Shown piece after piece: positions 52,567 to 64,000 of a stretch of DNA of 64,000 bases; position 1 is the stretch's first letter, and each line of letters starts with the position of its first letter. This DNA comes from the human T2T-CHM13v2.0 reference genome, Homo sapiens. The notes below the pieces were generated by a model. The model did no database searches, was not told where the DNA came from, and saw nothing but the letters and a program-made list of their open reading frames with translations. Both the position numbers and the translations under genes were made by a program. Location: assembly GCF_009914755.1 (NCBI RefSeq), contig NC_060927.1; one strand, written 5' to 3'.

Positions 52567-55500
52567 TGTTTCTTTTCTTTGTTGGACAGATACAACAAAA
52601 TCATTCAAAAAGTTCCCAAATTAACTTGCAAACCCTATGGCAATCAGTGGCAGAGAATGCTTATCCAGTGGAACTACAAATGAGTGTGTATGGATTCAAG
52701 AAAAGATCTCTTTCAGAAACGCTTAAGAGCATCCTCTCATGGTTTTAGGAAATCTTCTAAAAAACCAGATTGCATATAAAATTGATTGAATTTACTTTTA
52801 ACTCATTTGGGTACACAGTGTTTCTCTTAGAAATTTTACTGGTTTTACATCAATCCCCATTCTGTTTTCCTTTAAGAATACAAGTCAAGAATGGAAGGTC
52901 TTAACCCCAAGAAAAATAAGACAGGAGGGAGAGAGGTATAATTTTACCTTTTTATTATACCTCAAGGAATATTTCTTTACTTTTCTATCTAGTAGAAAGA
53001 GTGCCTCTTCTGATTCTAAGTTCTACAACCCAACCTGGTACTAAAATATTAAAAGAATGGCTGCAGAATTCCTGGTTTCCTCATCTGGTCTCTTTAATGA
53101 CTCTGTACATAAGGAAATGCTATATTACACTCATTTTCAGCAACAGAACACGTCTGTTCTCATGTGGAATGAGAAGGGCCGATACCTATATGAGAAATCA
53201 GAAGGAAAATGATGGTGAGCACAGCAAGACTTTCTGAAGACCACAGGGTAAAGATTCTTCATGGAATAGATATTTGTAACATATCCTTAATGCTATTCAT
53301 CTTCAGAGAGTTATTGCAAATCACATTCCTTCCACCTCTGCTGCACCAGGTAGACGGGTGAGAAGGTGACAGGGAGTTAGTAACATCAGCATATTATAGT
53401 CACCCTTCCATGGACTATTTTTCTGCTTTCAGAGAGTAGTCGATAGCATATATTTAAGCCAATTTTAGGCACAGAACAAATCTGTGGTGGTTCATGTGTA
53501 GTCAATATTTTGAGTGTTGGAGTAAGCTAGCTTTAATTAAAAGACAAGTAGCTAATCTACAATCATTGCCCTGGGAAAACTCCCATTGATATCCAGTTTA
53601 AGGGAAAGGTAAACTTGGGAGACACTTGAAGGATTTCCATCACATTTTTAAAGCTAAAGCAGGAAGTATAATTATAAAACCTCCCAACTTCCTGTTCAAT
53701 TACAGCAGATAATTAAATCGTTAGGTTTCTTCAACATTCTCTGGATGTTCTAAATACAGACTAAATAAGAAAGAGCACCCTAGAGGCAAAACACATCCCA
53801 TCTCCATTAACAGAAATTAAACATCCTATTTCTTTGTTAGTGAAAACTGTAGTTTTAGAAAGTAATTGTCACAAGATTGGGACTTTAAACAGAAATGTCA
53901 AGAATCCAGGGCCCTTTCTGTGATTCATAGGGAGGGATCTGCTACATTATTCCCCAAGATGATTCTCTAACAACCATGGTTTACCAGTCACTGACATGCT
54001 CATTACCTGTAAATTATGGGGTCAAACATATCTTGGGCTTGCCCTCTCTGAATCCACCCAGGCTCGCTCAGCTTTGGGCACAGGAGGCTACTCTTCCCAT
54101 CAGGGCTTTAAAAGAGATGACCCCACCAGCTTAGAATACTCTTCTTTTTAGATGTGCTCCTGGTGGGAGTGTGTACTTAATGAATATCCTCTGATTAGGT
54201 CCTCAGGGAGCTTGTCTTTTCCTCCTTAACTTCTTATGGTCAAGAAAATGCATTTGTCAGGCCTCCTTAATCCAATTACTGGCACCAGGTAATAAATCTC
54301 GATTGCCTCTGTTTCTCTATGGAATCTGATTCTTCTGCTCCAGTGAGCCAAGCCTGAGAGTTGGGTCTCCCCAAAGTCACAGGAAACTTCTGCTCGTGTT
54401 CCTTATATCACTCAAGCTCCTGTCCTCTATCCATATGCATATCCAATCTCATGCAGTCTTCAGAAACTTGGCAGGGCTGTGTGGAGAAGACTGAAGCTTC
54501 AGACTATGGGATAACTAGATGTCTTTTATGGTCCTTCTCAGTCTGACCTATATGTGTCTGCAAAGTACTAACACGAGCTCCCAATATGGACTGAAGACCA
54601 CAAGTGAACTGCCAATAACAAAACCGCTGTATTTTATGAACATTCCTTATTCAGCTCAGTAAATACTAAATACCTATTCTGTGATAGCTACTATGGTAAA
54701 GTTTCATTCCACAGTAAGGAAAACTAATTCAATTAAGATGCTGCCAGCAGCCGTTTGTTTCAGAGACCAGAATTCCTTAATTCCATCAACAATGTCTAAA
54801 CTCTAAATGCTCCTAAAGCTCATGTTTAGTAAAGCTCTGGCTTTTCCTGGCCCATGTCTTATGTCTTCCCAATCTGGCTCCATGGATTTCTGGGTCTTTG
54901 CTCAGGATGTGCTTCTTCCTGCTCAGTGTGTAGAATACCAACACATTCTTCCATACTCACTTTAAACATCATGTCTTGCCAACTTCCTCCCCAAAATGAC
55001 TGTTCCGTCGGAACTTTCTTGGCTTCTCCACCATAGCACTGATTGGATTTTGCTTTGTAATGAAGCTGGTTGCTTCCATGTCTCTCTGGCTAGAGATCCC
55101 TGAGGGCAGGGAGCAGCAAGATCATGTCTTACTGTTTCATTATCCCTGGTGCAGTGCTTTGCACATAGTCATAACTCTATTACTTGTTTTTCTATGAATA
55201 AAAGAATGAATCTCTCAGGTCCTGTCTGGATCAAAGTTCAGTCCAATTCTGCCTGACAAATGCCTGCAGAACTCAGATCAGTCCTTGGCAAAGCAGCAGC
55301 CTGGAGCCAGCTACTTCGAAGGAGGATGGGCTGGAGCAATCCAACCTGGGCTTGATACCAGCTCTACCATTTCCTAGTTGGTGGTCTTGGGAACATTATT
55401 TAAGCTCCTTGAGCCTTAGTTTATAACCTATAAAATGGTAATAATCTGGGAACAATCACTGGAGCTGATCTCCAGGGATGTTGTCAAGATTAAAGGAGCT

Positions 55501-55832
55501 TAATGTACCAAAAATTCTAACACAGAGACTACCACAAGTAGTAACCAACAACTGATGAACAACTTTTACACGTCAGACACCATCACATTCTGAAGATAAC
55601 AACAAATAACAAGACCGACCACATTACTACCCAGGAACAAGGGTAATGTAAAGATAAGAACAGAAAGTAGGCCAACAATTACAAAACAATGGCTGCCAGA
55701 GAATTAAAAACAGACAGCAGAAGGACAAAGAGGAAGACGGACTAAATCAGTCCAGAAGCATGAGACAGGTAGTATCACACTCCTCTTTGGGTAACCTGCT
55801 GCTATTTCTCTCCAAGTGTACTAACCTCAGTA

Positions 55833-56160
55833 CAGATGGGGTTACTTCCCAATAAACCCATCATAATGTAAGTCGAAAATGCATTTAGTACACCTAACCT
55901 GCCAAACATCATGGCCCAGCATACCTTAAATGTGCTCAGAACACTTACATTAGCCTACAATTGAGCAAAATCATCTAATACAAAGCCTACTTTGTAATAT
56001 TTAATATCTCACGTAATTTATTGAAGATCATATTGGAAGTGAAAAATAGAATGGTCGTATGGGTACTTGAAATATACTTTCTGCTAAATGAGCATCAGTT
56101 TTGCACCAGTGCAAAGTTGAGAAATCCGAATTTGAACCCTGGCAAATTGGAGGCCATCTG
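55833..56160 (+). mobile_element. MER47A (Tigger-derived)
   Basis: TA-CAGATGG...CCATCTG-TA termini; ccttaaatgtgctcagaacacttacattagcctaca core. Confidence 0.88.
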
Positions 56161-56819
56161 TATTCCATTTAATTAGAACTGAGCTTCAGGATGGGCAAGT
56201 TCAAGACCACAACTGAGTTGACTGGGGCCCCTAGAATCTCTGATTGTATGTTTTATATGACTTGGCCCAACACTGACTGACCCAGGGTAAACTAGAAAGC
56301 TTTCGGAAGATTTTGAGGCATTTATCACAGATGGCAGGCCTGTAAACATTATGGGCATTCTTGAACAACTAAAGAAGAGACATCAAAGAGTTAGAGTGAC
56401 CTTCACAGGTACCCTCCAGAAGAGGGTAGAAAACAGTATATTTTAACTCTTGGGACTGTCCAGGCTATTTCTGTTATTGTTGCTAAGCAAACAGTTGTTG
56501 TGATCCCAATGCAGAACATTTTTGCATCTTACTTCCTAATCACCACACAGAAAGGCTCCACAGTTTCTTGGAGAAATGCCTGATTCCAAGGCTGCAGCAG
56601 TAATACAACATGAGCCTGGAATATCACATTATGATTGAAAGCACTCCAAAAAAAAAAAAAAAAAAGATGGAGAATGTCAAATGACATAGCAGACATCCAA
56701 AAGCCATTCCCATTAGCCAAATCTGGGGCAGCCGTGGATTGTAACTCACTGAAAACTTCATGAGCCAATCCTAATAATAACAGAGATAAGTTTTAAAAAA
56801 TCAATAAATGGGACAGAAA

Positions 56820-57270
56820 AGGTGGAACAACACAAATGTCCATCAATGGATAACACATTTTTAAAATGTGGTATACACACACAATGGATTATTAGCCCTA
56901 AAAACGGAGGAAATTCTAGCACGTGCTACATCATGAATTAACCTTGAAGCCACATACCAAGTGAAACAAGCCAGACATAAAAGGACAAATATTGTATAAT
57001 TCCACTCGTACGAGGTACCTAGAGTAGTCAAATTCATAGAAACAGAAAGTCGAATGGTGGTTATCAGGCACTGGGAGAAGGAGGAGTGGGAAGTTATTGT
57101 TTAATAGGCACAGAGTTTCAGTTTGGGAAGATGAAAAAGTTGTGGAGATGGATAATAGTGATGGTTGCACAACAATGTGAATATGCTTAATGCCACTGAA
57201 CCATATACTTGAAAATAATTCTAGTGATAAATTTTATGCTATATACATTTTACCACAATAAAAAGAAAAT
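56820..57270 (+). mobile_element. L1MA/MB-type 3' end
   Basis: aagccagacataaaaggacaaatattgtat...agagtttcagtttgggaagatgaaaaagtt. Confidence 0.8.
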
Positions 57271-57519
57271 AGATGAGCAGCACCAGCATCAACTTCTGTT
57301 TTTGCATACAAAGGTAAAAATCACTTGGATTCAACTTTTCTTCCACAAACAAAATCTACCCGGCCCTATAAGGCAGGTCAGATATTATAAAGAAGCCATT
57401 TTAAATAGTAAAGCAAACTAAAAGATGGTAGAATCTGTTGATTTTGACCAAGTTGGGGTCTTATTAATTAATCTGTATGATTAATTTGATCAGTGTTTTA
57501 GTAAATAACATAACTTATT

Positions 57520-57835
57520 TCCATAATATCTGCAATTCTAAAATCTAGAAAGCTCTGAAAATCCAAACTTTTTTTCGTAAGTTTTGTTCAAAAACACATA
57601 CGGTAGCAAAATCCTGAACTCACAGGAGCCCATGTTTGGTCTTTATTTACCCCTGCCTGGTGTAAATATTCATACATTTTGCCACAGAAATATTACTGTG
57701 CTTATGATGTCATTGCCTGAGTGTCTCCTATGGGCATCATATAATATACGGTATAAGTACCATGCCAAAAAGATCTGAAATTTCTAAGTTTCAAAAAAAA
57801 AATCTGATCCTGAGTTTCAAAGAGACTGTAGATCC
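57520..57835. mobile_element. MER46C-like (Tigger) fragment
   Basis: aaaatctagaaagctctgaaaa...aatattcatacattttgccacagaaatatt. Confidence 0.55.
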
Positions 57836-58699
57836 CTACAAAATTTAACCATATCAGATATCAGACCAATATTTTCCAAGCTTCTGACATTCTCTACCAT
57901 ATTCACAGTTTTGCCATATCTACAGATCACTTGTATTATTATAGTCTCTAGTACTTGTCTTCAGATTGACTCACCTTTTTCTTTACATAAAGTAATTTTT
58001 TAAAGAAACATCTCCACTGTAAAAGATGAGAGCTTGAGAGGCCTGCTCTGTTAAAAAGGGAAATTCTGAAGGATTAGAGGGGTGTTAAAGACACAACAAC
58101 TGAGGCTTTTGCCTTGAATAACCAGAAAGTCCAAAAGAAAATGGAAATGAAATAACTGCCTCACTACGTGATTCCACATCATCTAGTGCTAGGCTGATGT
58201 ACCATCTCCAAGACCTACTGTCCTCAGAAGTATTCATCCCACACTTGGGGAACTGAACTAGACCATCATAATCCTGCAATTCAGGTAGTGACTCTGCTGA
58301 GATTAGTAAGTCTTGTTTTGGGGTTGGGGGGGAGTCACACCCATACAAAAGCACAATATGGCAGTGAAGGAGTCAATCTGTTTATCTCCCTTCTAGTTCT
58401 GTCACCCATCACCTGTCATACAGGTTCAGCTGGGTCACTCGCTGCAACTGTCTACCTATCAAATTGGTGCAAGTCATTTTGAGTACATCTCTGGAACATC
58501 CACAGCCTCCACCTGCCAAAGGATACCTCAAGGTATTAGGATCTAGAAGTGAACACAGACTGACAAACCAGAAGATGATAGGTGAACAGAACCCCCATCC
58601 TTTATTAACTTCAACACTAGCTACTGTAAATAGTGGCCTTCAAAATCAGCAGGGAAAGATTTACTGTAGAAAGAGAATAGGTTTTCAAAAGCACTTTCA

Positions 58700-59460
58700 A
58701 ATAGACGTCAGCTATATATGCATTTTTAAATAAAATAAGTGAAGCAGAAGGGAAAGTTTTTCCTTACAGTGGAATGCTGGGAGTTATAAATGTTGGGGAT
58801 GAGAAAATTTCCATTTTGCAACTACTACAAAATAATAATAACTAACTACACATTGATTAAACCAAGTGATCAAAATTAATACCACCAGTGAGGGGCAAAC
58901 AGCCACCAAAAGCCTCTGGATATGATGGATTGAGAAGGACCAATTTACTTCTAGAGTACTAACAAACCTAATCGTGAAGAAACATCAAACAGACCCAAAC
59001 TCAGGGAGATGCTACAAAATACCTGGCCTATAATCTTCAAAAATATCATGAAAGACAAAGACTGAAAGACTATTCCAGATTAAAGACACATGTCTACCAA
59101 AATACATAATCCTAGACTGTATCCTACACCAGAAAAAAGGCTATGAAAGTTACTGGGACAGCTGACCCAACTAGAATATGGACAGAAGACTGGTAAAGGA
59201 ATTTTATCAGTGTTAAACTTCCTGATTTTGATTACTTAAGTAACAGAATATCAATTTTATTTTAGGAAATACAAACTTAGATGTTAAGGAGTGTGAGGCA
59301 CAATGTCTCTAACTTACTCCCAAATGGTTCAGAAAAAAGTATGTATATATGCAGATAAACAGTATATGACAAATGTCAACAACAGGTGATTAAGGAGAAA
59401 GGTGACTGGGAGTTCTTGACAACTCTTGCAAATTCTCTGTAAATTTGAAATTAGGTCCAA
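58700..59460 (+). mobile_element. Old L1MC/L1ME 3' region
   Basis: aaccaagtgatcaaaattaataccaccagtgag; tattccagattaaagac; tcagtgttaaacttcctgattttgat. Confidence 0.6.
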
Positions 59461-59534
59461 GAAATGGCTACTCACTGTCCATGTCGCTGCCAGCAAAGCC
59501 ACCCACAGTGTCCCCGGTTTCTGTGTGAACTCAC

Positions 59535-59720
59535 CATTCTTCTGAGAATCCTTAACAGAAGCTTCTGCTCCTTTGGGTCCTCCTTGGATGTCAGTAAATG
59601 AGCAAAAATTTCCACATTTTCAGGAGAGAGGCTGTCCGGGTTTTCCCCTCCATACAGCTGAACCAGTATAGACAGGCACTTGGATGAAACATCAAAAATC
59701 TCAGGATCTTCATTAGGAAG
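59535..59720 (-). CDS. ULK4: Internal coding exon of ULK4 (Unc-51-like pseudokinase 4), C-terminal HEAT/ARM-repeat region; 186 nt, phase 0/0
   Basis: Minus strand: acceptor CTTATTTGTTAATTTTCAG|CTT, donor ATG|GTGAGT, 62 open codons LPNEDPEIFDVSSKCLSILVQLYGGENPDSLSPENVEIFAHLLTSKEDPKEQKLLLRILRRM. The peptide matches my recollection of human ULK4 just before ITSNEKHLESL (probably exon 35 of 37; numbering from memory). Confidence 0.93.
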
Positions 59721-59824
59721 CTGAAAATTAACAAATAAGACTATTTAAATTTCCTTGAAGACGGTATTAGTACTCAAAAAAAACACAGTAAAATTTGGCT
59801 TGATGGGGGTGTCAGCCTGAGTAG

Positions 59825-60241
<417 letters not shown>

Positions 60242-60249
60242 TAAAAAGT

Positions 60250-62870
<2,621 letters not shown>

Positions 62871-63544
62871 GCATGTTTAATGAACTGGTAACAAGAGAAA
62901 GGCAGAGGAACTTTGTCTTGTAAGAATTAGAACCAAGGGGCTCCATAATCATCTGACATCAGTTCCGTGTTGTATCTATGGTGGTTAGAAATGTACATGA
63001 TAGGAACTCTAGGAATCTTATGGATTCCTCTTTTAGGGTCTCTGGTCAACCATGGCAACAATGTGACAATGCTGAATTATTCTCTGTTTTAGGCAGTCTT
63101 CTGCGTAGGTTCCTCTGTGTGTGCATGGTAACTGTTCAAATCTTGGACCCTTGATGATCCTTGGAGCCACTCAATACTTCCACCCCAATTTCTCAATTTC
63201 AGCCATTATACAATCAGTTATACAAGGGATACATTTGGCATACAGACTGTCCATCATTGACTGCACTAAGTCCAGTTTGGCTTTAATGGAAAAGTTGATG
63301 AAGTTGCTATCGACAAGGATGTAGTAAGGTGGGCCCAGTTGTGTGATATACTGGAAAAATAAACAGGGATGCTGTTGAGGAACTTCTCCTTTAGCACACT
63401 AGGATCTTTTTCTTTCTTTTTAGGTTTTAATCTACCCTTTTCTTTAAGCCTTTGATCTGAGACTAAGCATTCACTTCATGGTTGCAAACTTCCTTGTTTT
63501 CTTTTGCTTCCCCATGGTCACGTCATACTCTTGTTTCTTCTGGA

Positions 63545-64000
63545 ATCTATTAATTGTTAGTATACAGAAATAAAATTGATTTTTTACTGAGGTATAACTG
63601 ATATACAAAAACTTGCACATATTTAATGTATACATTTTGATGAATTTTGTTTATTGATCTTGTACCCTGAAAACTTGTTGAACTCACTTATTAATTCTAG
63701 GAGTCTTTTTCAAGATTCTTCGGCATTTTCTACATAGATAATTGTGTCACCTGTAAATACAGATAGGTTTATTTCTTCTTTTCCAACGGGTATTCCTTTT
63801 ATTTCTTTCCATACCCTACACTACACTAGTTAGAACCTCCACTAAGATGTTAAATGAGATTAGTGTGAGTAGACACTCTTGCCTTGTACCCAATCTTAGG
63901 GAGAAAGGATTTAGTAATTCACTATTAAGTATGGTGCTAGCTGTAAATTTTTCATAGATGCCCTTTATCAGGTTGGGAAGATTCCCCCTCTAATCCTAGT
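63545..64000 (-). mobile_element. Old L1M ORF2 fragment
   Basis: ccttgtacccaatcttagggagaaag; atagatgccctttatcaggttgggaag. Confidence 0.7.

Overview
Primate (hominoid-like; species not determinable here) genomic DNA, repeat-rich, lying inside the ULK4 gene on the minus strand. One real coding exon is present (59535-59720, minus strand, 62 codons, LPNEDPEIFDV...LLLRILRRM, recognised from memory as the C-terminal part of ULK4). The ORF track misses it because it has no start codon. The rest is intron: about 59.5 kb of the large downstream intron and 4.3 kb of the upstream one. It is filled with L1 (L1PA16, a full-length L1PA7/8, younger L1PA2-5-type copies, L1M fragments), Alu, L2/MIR, MLT/LTR16 LTRs and MER DNA transposons. 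Subfamily names come from remembered diagnostic motifs, not from a search. The long ORFs in the track are mostly L1 ORF1/ORF2 remnants; the others look like chance or Alu-derived ORFs. I found no new gene system. The most unusual structures are: (1) three L1 3' ends stacked in apparent age order at one re-used endonuclease site (37856-40690); (2) a tailless 5S rRNA 5' fragment inside an Alu linker (45985-46034); (3) two inverted young L1s sharing non-L1HS ORF2 residues; (4) candidate p53/p63 and RFX regulatory elements in unique sequence.
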